From the NCBI GenBank assembly GCA_963745025.1, contig CAVUWD010000002.1, positions 96,001 through 160,000 of the forward strand: 64,000 nucleotides of DNA, read 5' to 3'. The stretch is from an uncultured delta proteobacterium (GTDB lineage: Bacteria > Desulfobacterota > Binatia > JACPRU01). The number at the start of each line of letters is the position of its first letter. Within the stretch, counting starts at the first letter, position 1. Below are positions 40,245 to 50,988 of the stretch, in pieces. A program made the position numbers and the translations under genes. The notes beneath the pieces were generated by a model that was given only the letters and a program-made list of their open reading frames with translations, searched no databases and was not told where the DNA came from.

Positions 40245-41885
40245 GTGCCGACGATTCGATTCGACGCCGACCCTTCGCAGTACCGCCACTGGAAGCTCGA
40301 CGTCCGGGGCGAGATCGCGACGCTCGCGATGAAGGTCAGCGAGGACGGCGGCCTCGTGCCCGGCTACTCGCTGAAGCTCAATTCCTACGATCTCGGCGTC
40401 GACATCGAGCTCGCCGACGCGATCCAGCGGCTGCGCTTCTCGCACCCCGGAGTGCGCACGCTCGTCGTGACGTCGCTTCGCGACCGCATGTTTTGCGCGG
40501 GCGCCAACATCTTCATGCTCGGGCAGAGCTCGCATCCGTTCAAGGTGAACTTCTGCAAGTTCACGAACGAGACCCGCCTCTACCTCGAGGAGATGAGCCG
40601 CGAGTCGCAGATCAAGACGCTCTGCGCGCTGAACGGCACCGCCTCGGGGGGCGGCTACGAGCTGGCGCTCGCCTGCGATGAGATCCTGCTGGTCGATGAC
40701 GGGTCCTCGGCGGTCTCCCTGCCCGAAGTCGCGCTGCTCGGCGTGCTGCCGGGAACCGGTGGCCTGACCCGCATGGTCGACAAGCGCGGCGTGCGGCGCG
40801 ACCACGCCGACTTCTTCTCGACGACGGTCGAAGGTGTTCGCGGCCAGCGCGCGGTCGACTGGCGGCTCGTCGACGAGGTGGTGCCGCGCTCGCGGTTCGA
40901 GGCACGCGTGGCGGAGCGCGCGGCCGCGCTTGCCCGGCAGAGCGATCGCCCGGCGGGCGGCCGAGGCATCGAGCTTCCCCGCCTGAAGCGCAGCGAGACC
41001 CCGCAGGGGATCGACTACGAGCACGTCGCGCTGACGATCGATCGTGCTCGCCGTACGGCGACGATCACGATCGGCGCCCCCCGTGGCCCGGAGCCGACCG
41101 ACCCCGAAGCGTTCGTGCGCGCGGGCGCGGCCGCCTGGGCCATCGCCGCCTGGCGCGAGCTCGACGATGCGATCCTGCACCTGCGGGCGAACGAGCTCGA
41201 GATCGGCCTCGTGCTGCTCCGCACCGAGGGAGACCCCGCGAAGGTTCTGGAGGTCGACCGCACCGTCGCCCGCCACCGCGATCACTGGCTGGTGCGCGAG
41301 ATCCTGCTGCTGCAGAAGCGAGTGCTGAAGCGGATCGATCTCACCGCTCGCACGTTCTACGCGCTCGTCGTGCCGGGCTCGGCGTTCGTCGGCTCGCTGT
41401 TCGAGCTCGCGCTCGCCGCCGATCGGTGCTACATGCTCGCCGACCCCGACGGCTCGAACCGGGTGGGGCTCTCTCCGCTGAACGGTGGCCTGCTACCGAT
41501 GAGCTCTGGGTTGTCGCGCCTGCAGGCGCGGTTCTTCGGCGAGGTGGAGCGCGCGGCCGCGCTCATCGGCCACGAGGGATCGTTCGACGCGCACGCGGCG
41601 CTCGACGCCGGCCTCGTCACGTTTGCCCCCGACGACCTCGACTGGGACGACGAGGTTCGCCTGGCGATCGAGGAGCGCACCTCGATGAGCCCCGACGCGC
41701 TCACCGGCATGGAGGCGAGCCTTCGCTTCGTCGGTCCGGAGACGCTCGAGACCAAGATCTTCGGCAGGCTCTCCGCCTGGCAGAACTGGATCTTCACGCG
41801 CCCGAACTCCACCGGCGAAAAGGGCGCAGTGACCCTCTACGGCAAGTCGGGCCAGCGCCCCGAGTTCGACTGGCGCCGCACCTGA
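40245..41885 (+). CDS. boxC: 2,3-epoxybenzoyl-CoA dihydrolase
   Basis: LKLNSYDLGVDIELADA, KVNFCKFTNETR, KIFGRLSAWQNWIF. Confidence 0.95.
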   Translation: MPTIRFDADPSQYRHWKLDVRGEIATLAMKVSEDGGLVPGYSLKLNSYDLGVDIELADAIQRLRFSHPGVRTLVVTSLRDRMFCAGANIFMLGQSSHPFKVNFCKFTNETRLYLEEMSRESQIKTLCALNGTASGGGYELALACDEILLVDDGSSAVSLPEVALLGVLPGTGGLTRMVDKRGVRRDHADFFSTTVEGVRGQRAVDWRLVDEVVPRSRFEARVAERAAALARQSDRPAGGRGIELPRLKRSETPQGIDYEHVALTIDRARRTATITIGAPRGPEPTDPEAFVRAGAAAWAIAAWRELDDAILHLRANELEIGLVLLRTEGDPAKVLEVDRTVARHRDHWLVREILLLQKRVLKRIDLTARTFYALVVPGSAFVGSLFELALAADRCYMLADPDGSNRVGLSPLNGGLLPMSSGLSRLQARFFGEVERAAALIGHEGSFDAHAALDAGLVTFAPDDLDWDDEVRLAIEERTSMSPDALTGMEASLRFVGPETLETKIFGRLSAWQNWIFTRPNSTGEKGAVTLYGKSGQRPEFDWRRT

Positions 41886-41906
41886 GCCGCAGGGCAAGGA
41901 ACCACG

Positions 41907-43319
41907 ATGAGCACCGTTTCGCTGAACGAGAAGATTCCCAACAACGTCGCCCTCTCCTCGGACAAGCGGTTGCAGCGCGCGCTCGAGCAGTGGCAGCCGC
42001 GCTTCCTCGATTGGTGGCGCGAGATGGGCCCCGACGGCTTCCAGGAAGATGACGTCTATCTCCGCACCGCGATCTCGGTCGACTCGGCCGGCTGGGCGAA
42101 CTTCGACCACGTGAAGATGCCGGACTACCGCTGGGGCATCTTCCTCGCGGACCCGGAACCGGACCGCAGGATCGGCTTCGGCGACCACATCGGCGAGCCG
42201 GCGTGGCAAGAAATTCCCGGCGAGCACCGGAACTCGCTCCGCCGCCTGATCGTCACGCAAGGCGACACCGAGCCGGCGTCGGTCGAGCAGCAGCGCGAGC
42301 TCGGTAAGATCTGCCCCTCGCTCTACGACCTGCGAAACCTCTTCCAGGTGAACGTGGAAGAAGGCCGTCACCTCTGGGCGATGGTGTATTTGCTGCACTC
42401 CTACTTCGGGCGCGACGGCCGCGAGGAGGCGGACGCGCTCCTCCAGCGGCGTTCCGGCAACCCCGACAAGCCGCGCATCCTCCAGGCGTTCAACGAGCCG
42501 ATCGAAGACTGGCTGTCGTTCATGATGTTCACGACGTTCACCGACCGCGACGGCAAGTTCCAGCTGCTGTCGCTCGCGGAATCGGGCTTCGATCCGCTGT
42601 CGCGCACCTGCCGCTTCATGCTGACCGAGGAAGCGCATCACATGTTCGTCGGACAGACCGGCATCGCGCGCATCGCGCAGCGCACCGCCGAGCTCGTCCG
42701 CCAGGGGAAGGATCCCGAGAAGGAAGGCGCCATCCCCTTCGACTTGCTGCAGCGCTACCTGAACTTCTGGTACACGGTCTCGCTCGATCTGTTCGGCTCG
42801 GAGATCTCGACGAACGGCGCCAACTACTTCGGCGCCGGCCTGAAGGGCCGCCCGAAGGAAGACCGCTTCGCGGATCACGTGCTGCTCGAAGGCACGGCGC
42901 GCGTGGAGCTGCTCGAGGACGGCCGGATCGTGGAGCGCGAGGTCGCGCCGCGAATGGCGGTGAACCTGGAGGTACGAAACGCCTACGTCGAGGACTGTGA
43001 ATTGACGGTCGAGAAGTGGAACCGGGTAGTCCAGGACGTCGGCATGAAGTTCACCCTCCCGTCGCAGCGCTTTCACCGAGGTGTGGGCACGTTCGCCGGC
43101 GCGTTTTTCGATCCGCAGGGCCGTCGCCTGAGCGAGACCGAGTTCCGCCATCGCGAGGGCGAGTTCCTTCCTTCGGACGCCGACAACGCCTATGTGCGGA
43201 GCCTGATGACGAATCCCGTGACCGAGCCCGGCAAGTTCGCCAACTGGATCGCGCCGCCGGCGCGAGGCATCGACGGCCGGCCGATCGACTTCGAGTACGT
43301 CCGCTTCAACGAAGCCTGA
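41907..43319 (+). CDS. boxB: Benzoyl-CoA 2,3-epoxidase subunit B
   Basis: IPNNV, TQGDTEPASVEQQR, di-iron motifs NVEEGRH and TEEAHH, WIAPP. Confidence 0.96.
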   Translation: MSTVSLNEKIPNNVALSSDKRLQRALEQWQPRFLDWWREMGPDGFQEDDVYLRTAISVDSAGWANFDHVKMPDYRWGIFLADPEPDRRIGFGDHIGEPAWQEIPGEHRNSLRRLIVTQGDTEPASVEQQRELGKICPSLYDLRNLFQVNVEEGRHLWAMVYLLHSYFGRDGREEADALLQRRSGNPDKPRILQAFNEPIEDWLSFMMFTTFTDRDGKFQLLSLAESGFDPLSRTCRFMLTEEAHHMFVGQTGIARIAQRTAELVRQGKDPEKEGAIPFDLLQRYLNFWYTVSLDLFGSEISTNGANYFGAGLKGRPKEDRFADHVLLEGTARVELLEDGRIVEREVAPRMAVNLEVRNAYVEDCELTVEKWNRVVQDVGMKFTLPSQRFHRGVGTFAGAFFDPQGRRLSETEFRHREGEFLPSDADNAYVRSLMTNPVTEPGKFANWIAPPARGIDGRPIDFEYVRFNEA

Positions 43320-43334
43320 GATGGGAGGCGCGCG

Positions 43335-44525
43335 ATGAAGTACTCGAAGGCATGCATTCCGCTCGGCGGCGCATGGTCGTCGCCGTTCGTACGCTGGCAA
43401 GGAGCGCTCGCCGAGATATCGAGCCTCGACCTCGCGGTGTCCGTTACCGCACGCGCGCTTCGCGACCGGGAAGTTCCGATCACGGAGGTGTCGGAGCTCG
43501 TGCTCGGCTGGACGGTCCCGCAGCCGGGAATCTTTTACGGAGCGCCGACGGTGGCCGCTAGGCTCGGCGGCACGTCGATCAGCGGCCCGATGATCTCGCA
43601 AGCGTGTGCGACCGCGGCGGTGGCCATCGCTCATGCCGCGACGGCCACCGAAGCCGGTGACGAGGGCGTGCGGCTCGTCGTGCTCACCGACCGCACGAGC
43701 AACGGGCCGCACCTCACGTACCCCGCGCCGTCCGCGCCCGGCGGCACGCCGATCTCCGAGAATTGGGTGCTCGACGGGTTCCGGCGCGATCCGTGGGCCG
43801 GCAAGGCGATGGTCGACACCGCCGAAGCGGTCGCGGCCGAGGAAGGGATCTCGCGCGAGGAGATCGATGACGCGACCGCGCTGCGCTACGAGCAGTATGC
43901 CCGTGCACTCGCCGACGACCGGGCGTTCCAGCGCCGCTACATGGTGCCGATCGAGATCCCCGGGAAGCGCGGCGAGACGAAGCGGATCGACGCCGACGTC
44001 GGCGTCCACCCGACGAACCGTGCGGCGCTCGCCGAGCTGAAGCCGGTCGCCGCGGGCGGCGTCGTCACCTACGGCAGCCAGACCCACCCCGCCGACGGCG
44101 CGGCCGGCGTGCTCGTCACGACCGAGGGGCGGGCACGGGCGCTCGGTGCCGAAGGGATCGCCCGCATCCTCGGATTCGGTACGTCACGGGTCGAGAAGAG
44201 TCGCATGCCGAAGGCTCCGCTGCCCGCGGCGCGCGCCGCCCTCGAAGCCGCCGGCCTCGGCTTCGATGCGGTCGACGCCGTGACCACACACAACCCGTTC
44301 GCCGTCAACGACGTCTACTTCACGCGCCACTCGGGGGTTCCGCTGGCGAAGATGAACGCCTACGGGTCGAGCCTGGTCTACGGTCACCCGCAAGCGCCGA
44401 CCGGAGCCCGAGCGCTCGTCGAGCTCGTCGAGACGCTCCGCGAGCGCGGTGGCGGCATCGGCCTCTTCACCGGTTGCGCCGCGGGAGACACCGCCGCGGC
44501 GATCGTTCTGCGTGTCGACGGCTGA
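43335..44525 (+). CDS. Thiolase-family protein (atypical motifs)
   Basis: SQACAT, HNPF, GHPQAPTG, TGCAAG. Confidence 0.88.
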   Translation: MKYSKACIPLGGAWSSPFVRWQGALAEISSLDLAVSVTARALRDREVPITEVSELVLGWTVPQPGIFYGAPTVAARLGGTSISGPMISQACATAAVAIAHAATATEAGDEGVRLVVLTDRTSNGPHLTYPAPSAPGGTPISENWVLDGFRRDPWAGKAMVDTAEAVAAEEGISREEIDDATALRYEQYARALADDRAFQRRYMVPIEIPGKRGETKRIDADVGVHPTNRAALAELKPVAAGGVVTYGSQTHPADGAAGVLVTTEGRARALGAEGIARILGFGTSRVEKSRMPKAPLPAARAALEAAGLGFDAVDAVTTHNPFAVNDVYFTRHSGVPLAKMNAYGSSLVYGHPQAPTGARALVELVETLRERGGGIGLFTGCAAGDTAAAIVLRVDG

Positions 44526-44528
44526 GCC

Positions 44529-45405
44529 ATGGCGACGAGCGAGGTCGTCGGCGCCGGTACGATGGGAGCCGGCATCGCGCAGGTCGCGAGCACCGCAGGG
44601 TGCGGCGTCGTGCTGTTCGACGTTCGGCGCGATCGCGGCCGTCACCACGGCGCCCGAGCGTGTCGCGGGGATGCACTTCTTCAACCCGGCGGCGATCCTG
44701 CCGCTCGTCGAGGTCGTGCGAGCGGAGCAGACCGCCGCAGCCACCATCGAGCGCCTGGTCGAGATCTCGCGCGCCTGGGGCAAGACGCCCGTGCGCGTGC
44801 GTGACACGCCGGGATTCATCGTCAACCGAGTCGCCCACCCCTACTACCTCGAGGCGTTTCGCATGCTCGAGGAAGGCGTGGCGCCGATCGAAGCGATCGA
44901 TGGAGCACTCGAGGGCGCCGGTTTCCGCATGGGGCCGGCGCGACTCGTCGACCTGATCGGCATGGACGTCAACTGGGACGTCTCGTGCTCGGTCTACGAA
45001 GGCTTCGACCGATCCCCGCGCTTCGAGCCGAATCCGATCCAGAAGCGCATGCGCGACGAGGGGCGGCTCGGGCGCAAGAGCGGCCGTGGCTTCTACGTCT
45101 ACGGGGAAGCGCCGGGACGGCCCGAGCCAAGCCCGGCGATCGATCCCGCCCTCGCCGAAACGATCGTGCTGCGCACGGTCGGCTGCATCGTCAACGAAGC
45201 CGCCTGCGCGCTCGGCGACGGCGTCGCCTCGGCCGACGACATCGACGTCGCCATGAAGCTCGGCACCAACTACCCGAAGGGACCACTGGCCTGGGGCCGC
45301 GAGCTCGGCTCGGATCGTATCGTCGCGGTGCTTCGCCGCCTCGGCGAGCGTCGGCCCGAGCGCTATCCGATCGCTCCGCGCCTGCTCGAAGGAAACCTGC
45401 AATGA
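44529..45405 (+). pseudogene. 3-hydroxyacyl-CoA dehydrogenase (PaaH-like) with internal deletion and frameshift
   Basis: GAGTMGAGIAQ...LFDV jumps to GAIAA...[22 protein letters not shown]. The middle of the NAD domain (EAxxE...NTS) is missing. Confidence 0.88.
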
Positions 45406-46694
45406 CCGAAGCCGTGCTCGTCGACGCCATTCGCACCCCGATCGGACGCCATGGCGGCGCTCTCTCTCGAGTCCGCCCCGACGACTTGGCAGCGATCCCG
45501 ATCCGCGCGCTTGTCCAGCGCACCGGCATTGATCCGCGGACGATCGAAGAGGTCGTACTCGGCTGCGCGAACCAGGCCGGCGAAGACAACCGTAACGTCG
45601 CGCGCATGGCGGCTCTACTCGCGGGTTTGCCGCCCAGCGTCGCCGCGGTGACGATGAATCGCCTGTGCGCCTCGGGGCTCGCGGCGTTGAACGCCGCGGC
45701 ACGGGCGATCAAGGCAGGCGAAGGCGACGTCTACGTCGCGGGTGGCGTCGAGAGCATGAGCCGCGCCCCGTATTCGGTGCCGAAGCGCGAGCAGGCCTTC
45801 CCGACCGGCAATGTAACCGCTTGGGACACGACGCTCGGCTGGCGGTATCCGAACCCGGCGCTCGAAGCGCTGTTTCCGCTCGAGGCCATGGGCGAGACCG
45901 CCGAGAATCTCGTCGAGCAAGCGAGCGGGACGTTCTCGCCGGCGGAGGGCTCACCGGCGATCCCCGGCGGGCCGATCACCCGCGAGGAGCAGGACGCGTT
46001 CGCGCTCGAGAGCCAGCGGCGCGCAGTGGCGGCCATGGATTCCGGCCGCTTCCGGGACGAGATCGTCCCGGTTCGCGTCCCCGGCCGCGGCGGGGCGACG
46101 CTCGTCGAGCGCGACGAGCATCCGCGCTGCCGCGTGGAGGGCGATCACGTGCTGCTCGACACCGACGCCGCGCTGCTCGCGTCGCTGCGGCCGGCGTTTC
46201 GCAAGAACGGCAGCGTGACCGCGGGCAACGCCAGCGGCTTGAACGACGGCGCGGCGGCGGTCCTGCTGACCTCGGCGGAGCGGGCGCGAGCGCTCGGTCT
46301 CGCGCCGATGCTCCGCATCGTCAGCTCGGCAGCCGTCGGCGTCGACCCGCGCGTCATGGGCACCGGCCCGGTGCCGGCCGTCGAGCGAGCGCTCGCACGT
46401 GCCAGGATCCGCATGGCCGACGTCGGCCTCGTTGAGCTGAACGAGGCGTTCGCAGCGCAGGCAATCGCCGTCATGCGCGCGACCGGCATGCGGCCCGAGA
46501 TCACAAACGTGAACGGCGGCGCGATCGCCCTCGGCCACCCGCTCGGTTGCTCGGGAGCACGCATCTTGACGACGCTCGCGCACGAGATGAAGCGTCGAAA
46601 CGCCGCCGGGGTGCGCATCCGCTACGGCTTGGTCACGCTCTGCGTCGGCGTCGGGCAGGGCGAGGCGACGGTCGTCGAGTGGATCGGACGATGA
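45402..46694 (+). CDS. 3-oxoadipyl-CoA thiolase-like (PcaF/PaaJ)
   Basis: [40 protein letters not shown]. Confidence 0.93.
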   Translation: MTEAVLVDAIRTPIGRHGGALSRVRPDDLAAIPIRALVQRTGIDPRTIEEVVLGCANQAGEDNRNVARMAALLAGLPPSVAAVTMNRLCASGLAALNAAARAIKAGEGDVYVAGGVESMSRAPYSVPKREQAFPTGNVTAWDTTLGWRYPNPALEALFPLEAMGETAENLVEQASGTFSPAEGSPAIPGGPITREEQDAFALESQRRAVAAMDSGRFRDEIVPVRVPGRGGATLVERDEHPRCRVEGDHVLLDTDAALLASLRPAFRKNGSVTAGNASGLNDGAAAVLLTSAERARALGLAPMLRIVSSAAVGVDPRVMGTGPVPAVERALARARIRMADVGLVELNEAFAAQAIAVMRATGMRPEITNVNGGAIALGHPLGCSGARILTTLAHEMKRRNAAGVRIRYGLVTLCVGVGQGEATVVEWIGR

Positions 46695-46840
46695 GCGACG
46701 GCTCTCCGATCCTCGTTCGACCGCAGGGCGACGTCGTCCTGTCCTTGCATCGCCCTGAGCGCGGCAACGCGATCGACCGGGCCATGGTGGAGTCGCGGGA
46801 GTCCATGGCGGCGTTCCTCCATCGTGGCTGGAAGCTCGCT
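46691..46840 (+). pseudogene. Enoyl-CoA hydratase remnant (N-terminus fused to C-terminus)
   Basis: SLHRPERGNAIDRAM is followed immediately by ESRESMAAFL; ATGA overlap with the thiolase. Confidence 0.7.
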
Positions 46841-46884
46841 CGAGGGGCGCCCCGATCCCTGGGTGCCCGCTCCGGCGAAGGCGG

Positions 46885-47283
46885 TCAGCGGCCGAAGGCC
46901 GCAGTGACGAGCTCGGTGTCGAGGTACTCGGTGATCTGCTTCACCTTCCCGTCGCCCATGCGGAACACCAGGCAGTAGGTGTTGTCGTACGGCTTGCCCG
47001 CCTTGGTCGTCGACCGCCCGCGCGCCTGCATCACCACGTAGTCCCCCTCTGCAACGAGGTTCTCGGGCGCGACGGCGATGCCGCTCTGCAGCTCGGCGTT
47101 GAGGCGTCCGAAGAGCCGCTCCACGACGTCTTTCTTCCCGTTGTACGTCCCAGAGTACTTGGTGGTGCCGATGATCGTGAAGCGGACCTCGTCGGCGAGG
47201 CCCGCGAGGTAGCCTTCCGCGTTGCCGCGTGAAAGCTCCGCGAACATCTTCTCGATGACCTTCTTGTTCTCGGCTGCGCTCAT
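46885..47283 (-). CDS. NTF2/SnoaL-like protein
   Basis: AEGDYVV, YDNTYC, EYLDT; SD AAGGAG. Confidence 0.9.
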   Translation of the reverse strand: MSAAENKKVIEKMFAELSRGNAEGYLAGLADEVRFTIIGTTKYSGTYNGKKDVVERLFGRLNAELQSGIAVAPENLVAEGDYVVMQARGRSTTKAGKPYDNTYCLVFRMGDGKVKQITEYLDTELVTAAFGR

Positions 47284-47440
47284 GAGAATCTCCTTCCGGT
47301 CGCTCGGCGGGACCTTAGGCCCGGGCCGGCCGGCGATCAAGCCGGCGCCCGGCCGCGGCGGCCAAGTCAGGGGCGGGCGGAAAGCACAACATCTTCGCGA
47401 AACGAAAAGAAGCGACCGAGCAAGAATCTATCCCCATCCT

Positions 47441-47728
47441 TCAGTCTACCTCGGTCAACCGAAGGATCTCGGGGCGACCGGCCATGAACTCTCCCATGCT
47501 TCTCCCGATCGACTTGAAGTAGTCGGTCTGACGATGTGCTTCGACCGCCGCTTCGTCGACGTAGCGCTCGAGGAAGACGTAAGTGTCGGGCGTCTCCGCG
47601 CGGTGGAGGGCGTAGAGCTTGCATCCCGGCTCGCCGGCTCGCACCTTGGCGACGAGCTGCTTCGCGAGCGCCTCGAACTGCGGGCCCGTGCCCGGCTTCA
47701 CCTTGATCGTGGCGACGATTCCCAGCAT
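47441..47728 (-). CDS. Antibiotic-biosynthesis monooxygenase (ABM) family protein
   Basis: EPGCKLY, FLERY, AHRQTDYF. Confidence 0.9.
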   Translation of the reverse strand: MLGIVATIKVKPGTGPQFEALAKQLVAKVRAGEPGCKLYALHRAETPDTYVFLERYVDEAAVEAHRQTDYFKSIGRSMGEFMAGRPEILRLTEVD

Positions 47729-47857
47729 GGTTTGGTCCTCCCTTCAGGCGTTTCGGACACGAGTCCCTTATCTTTCGCGGCACGCTCGCTTCGTCAATGC
47801 CTCGTTCGATGAAGCCCGGGCTGGGACGAGACGCGCGATCTCGATAGCGTGAGAGCG

Positions 47858-48565
47858 ATGTCGCTTGCGGAGTATCGAAAGAAGCGCCGCTTCCGCGTGA
47901 CGCCGGAGCCGAAGGGGAAGAGGACTTCGACTCGGCGGCGTAAGAAGCTCGTTTTCGTCGTCCAGAAGCATCGCGCGGCGGCCCTCCACTACGACTTTCG
48001 TCTCGAATGGAAGGGAGTGATGCTCTCCTGGGCGGTGCCGAAGGGGCCGTCGTACGACCCGGCGGTCAAGCGCCTCGCCATGCGGGTCGAGGACCACCCG
48101 CTCGAATACAATGAATTCGAGGGCATCATTCCCGCCGGCGAGTATGGGGGCGGCACGGTGATGATCTGGGACAAAGGGACGTGGACCCCGGAGACGCCGG
48201 ACGTCGACGGTGCGCTGCAAGAGGGGGAGCTCAAGCTCTCGCTCGACGGCAAGAAGCTCCGGGGTTCGTGGGTGCTCGTGCGGACGCGTCCGCGGCGAGG
48301 CGAGTCGCGAGCCCCCTGGCTTCTGATCAAGCACCGCGACGAGTGGGCGAGCAGCGAGGACATCGCCGAGCTCGCGCCCCGTTCGGTCGTCTCCGACCGA
48401 CTGTTGATCGAGATCGCGCGTGACGAGGGCGGCGACATGAGGAAGGCCGCGGACGGCGATCCGCCCGCCGTGCTCAGGAAGATTCTCGACGACCCGACGC
48501 TCCTCGCGCCGCCGAAGAAGGGGCGGAAGAAATCCGTCTGGCATTCGAACCGAGGGGTGTCCTGA
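47858..48565 (+). CDS. Stand-alone LigD 3'-phosphoesterase domain protein
   Basis: VQKHRA..LHYDFRLE, SWAVPKGPS, EDHPLEY, YGGGTVMIWD. Confidence 0.93.
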   Translation: MSLAEYRKKRRFRVTPEPKGKRTSTRRRKKLVFVVQKHRAAALHYDFRLEWKGVMLSWAVPKGPSYDPAVKRLAMRVEDHPLEYNEFEGIIPAGEYGGGTVMIWDKGTWTPETPDVDGALQEGELKLSLDGKKLRGSWVLVRTRPRRGESRAPWLLIKHRDEWASSEDIAELAPRSVVSDRLLIEIARDEGGDMRKAADGDPPAVLRKILDDPTLLAPPKKGRKKSVWHSNRGVS

Positions 48566-48667
48566 CGGACGCCGAGGTTCCGATGGACAGCCGATTTTAC
48601 GAGGTAGGCGGGGAAAATCGGGCGCCGGCTTCCCTCGGCGGGCCGCCGAGTATAGGCAGGAATCGCC

Positions 48668-49882
48668 ATGCTCTCCGCAGAACCGCTGGTGTACAATCCC
48701 TATCTCCCCGGCGTGCGCGCCGATCCGTATCCCCACTACGCCGATCTGCGCAGGGAAGCGCCGATCCACTGGAGCCCGGCCGGCTTCTGGGTGTTCGCAC
48801 GGTACCGAGACGGTGCGGAGATCCTCGGCGACCGTGGCTTCGCCACCACCGAGCCCCGGCAATGGGGAAACGCGGCGACGTTCGGATACGAAGGCGCTGC
48901 ATTCGAGCGGGTGGTCGACAGCCTCTCGCACATGATGCTGTTCAAGAATCCGCCCGACCACACGCGCCTTCGCGGCCTGGTGAGCAAGGCATTCACCCCC
49001 CGGGCGGTCGAGGGGCTGCGGGGCCGGGTCCACGAGATCGTCGGAGAGCTCGTCTCTGCGGTGCGCGAGGCGGGTCGCATGGACCTGATCGCGGACCTCG
49101 CGTATCCGTTGCCGGCGATGGTGATTGCCGAGATGCTCGGCGTGCCGGCGGAGGATCGCGGCCACTTTCGAGCGTGGTCGCGCGATCTGGCGCCGACGAT
49201 CGATCCGATGATCCTCCCCGATCAGCTCGACCGTGCCGCCGCCGCGATTGACCAGTTCGCCGACTACTTCACGCACCTGATCGCCGCGCGGCGCGCCGAG
49301 CCCCGCGGCGACTTGCTCTCGGCGATGATCGCCGCGGAGGAGCAGGGCGACAAGCTCTCGCAGGACGAGCTCGTCGCCAACGCGATGCTGCTGTTGAACG
49401 CCGGCCACGAGACCACGACGAATCTGATCGGCAACGGCACGCTCGCGTTGCTCCGTAACCCGGATGAGCTCGACCTCCTGCGCCGTGAACCCGCACGAAT
49501 TCCGGGCGCGACCGAGGAGCTGCTTCGCTACGACAGTCCCGTGCAGATGACCGGGCGGCGCACGCGAACCGAGCGGGTGATCGGCGGCACGAAGATCGAA
49601 GCCGGCCAGGACGTGGTGGTGCTGATCGGCTCGGCCAACCGCGACCCGGAGCGGTTCGCCGACGCCGAGCGCCTCGACGTCCGCCGCGGCGACGACGAGC
49701 ATCTTTCCTTCGGAGGCGGGTCGCACTATTGCCTCGGGGCGAGCCTCGCGCGGCTGGAGGGGCAGATCGCGATCGGCGCGATCGTCTCCGAGCTGCCGAA
49801 GCTTCGCCTCGCCACCGAGGAGCTCGAGTGGCGCGAAACGCTGACGCTGCGCGGGCTGAAGGCCCTGCCGGTGGAATTCTGA
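48668..49882 (+). CDS. Cytochrome P450
   Basis: PPDHTRLR, AGHETT, EELLR, heme motif FGGGSHYCLG. Confidence 0.96.
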   Translation: MLSAEPLVYNPYLPGVRADPYPHYADLRREAPIHWSPAGFWVFARYRDGAEILGDRGFATTEPRQWGNAATFGYEGAAFERVVDSLSHMMLFKNPPDHTRLRGLVSKAFTPRAVEGLRGRVHEIVGELVSAVREAGRMDLIADLAYPLPAMVIAEMLGVPAEDRGHFRAWSRDLAPTIDPMILPDQLDRAAAAIDQFADYFTHLIAARRAEPRGDLLSAMIAAEEQGDKLSQDELVANAMLLLNAGHETTTNLIGNGTLALLRNPDELDLLRREPARIPGATEELLRYDSPVQMTGRRTRTERVIGGTKIEAGQDVVVLIGSANRDPERFADAERLDVRRGDDEHLSFGGGSHYCLGASLARLEGQIAIGAIVSELPKLRLATEELEWRETLTLRGLKALPVEF

Positions 49883-49949
49883 TCATGACGCCATCACTCG
49901 GTCCGTCGCTCGCCCGCCCCGGTTCGCGCGCTGAACAGGGGGGAGAAGA

Positions 49950-50630
49950 ATGAGTGAGATCGTGAAACTGGTCATCTGGTTCAAGCGGAAGGCGGGACTC
50001 TCCGTCGAAGCGTTCCAGACCGAGTGGCGGGGCGCTCATGCCGAGAAGGTGCTACGCGTGCCGGGGCTTCGCGGATACGTGCAGAGCCACGTGCTCCTCT
50101 CCGGTTATCGCAAGGGCGAGCCCTTCTGCGACGGCCTCGCGGAGATGTGGTTCGCCGATGCCGGGGCGGTCGACGCCGCGCGCGCGAGCCGCGCGTTCGC
50201 CGAGGCGCGCGCCGACGCCGACCGCTTTCACGAGAGCTCAGCGGCGGGCGCGATGCTCACGATCGAGCGCCTGATCAAGGACGGACCGAGGCCGCCGTAC
50301 GGCGTCAAGAACGTCGAGTTCGTCGTCCGGCGGCGGGATCTCGAGGTCGGGGAATTCCACCGCTATTGGCGCGAGCAGCACGGGCCGCTGGCCGCGAGGA
50401 TCGCCCCGATTCGCCGCTACGTGCAAAGCCACGCCGTCGAAGATCCGCGCACGCGCGCCTACGACGGCATCGCCTCGACGTGGTTCGACGACACCGATGC
50501 GATGCGGGCTTCCGCCGCGACCGAGGAGTACCGCCTGACGCGTGAGGACGAGGCGAACTTCGTTGCCGGCCATCTTCCGTTCGTCATCACCCGCGAACAC
50601 GTCTTGATGGAGCCGCCGCGACCCGCCTGA
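49950..50630 (+). CDS. Tandem EthD-domain protein
   Basis: Two repeats of F..W...H....YVQSH...DG...WF. Confidence 0.9.
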   Translation: MSEIVKLVIWFKRKAGLSVEAFQTEWRGAHAEKVLRVPGLRGYVQSHVLLSGYRKGEPFCDGLAEMWFADAGAVDAARASRAFAEARADADRFHESSAAGAMLTIERLIKDGPRPPYGVKNVEFVVRRRDLEVGEFHRYWREQHGPLAARIAPIRRYVQSHAVEDPRTRAYDGIASTWFDDTDAMRASAATEEYRLTREDEANFVAGHLPFVITREHVLMEPPRPA

Positions 50631-50988
50631 TGGGCCGGACGTCTTCGTGGCTCGCGAGCGAGAGCTCGAGAAGCTCGTCGCGCTGCTCGCGCGCGCGCCG
50701 GCGAGCTGCTATCCGAGCTGCCTGCGCTGTGATCGTCACCCTATGAGGTTTCCAGAAACAGGAATCCCGCCTCAACCAGCAAGTCAAAAGCCCCGTCGGG
50801 GATGTCGAACTTACTGCGCGTTCGGGGAGCGAGCATTGCAACCACCGGCCTCTGACCTTTGCCGCTACCCAGCGAAAACACGACTGAGACGACCCCATCG
50901 GCCCGGCTCGCGGCGCCTGAGGGGGTAGTCAAGGCATGAAAACGCATACAAGCCTTCGCCGATCCGACTCGATCGCAACGCTCCCGAC

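Noticed and set aside
41493-44087. 864-aa minus-strand ORF, and similar long ORFs such as 30170-32425 and 47768-49726
   Set aside because: Antisense or alternate frames of clearly identified genes; stop-poor shadows are expected at high GC.
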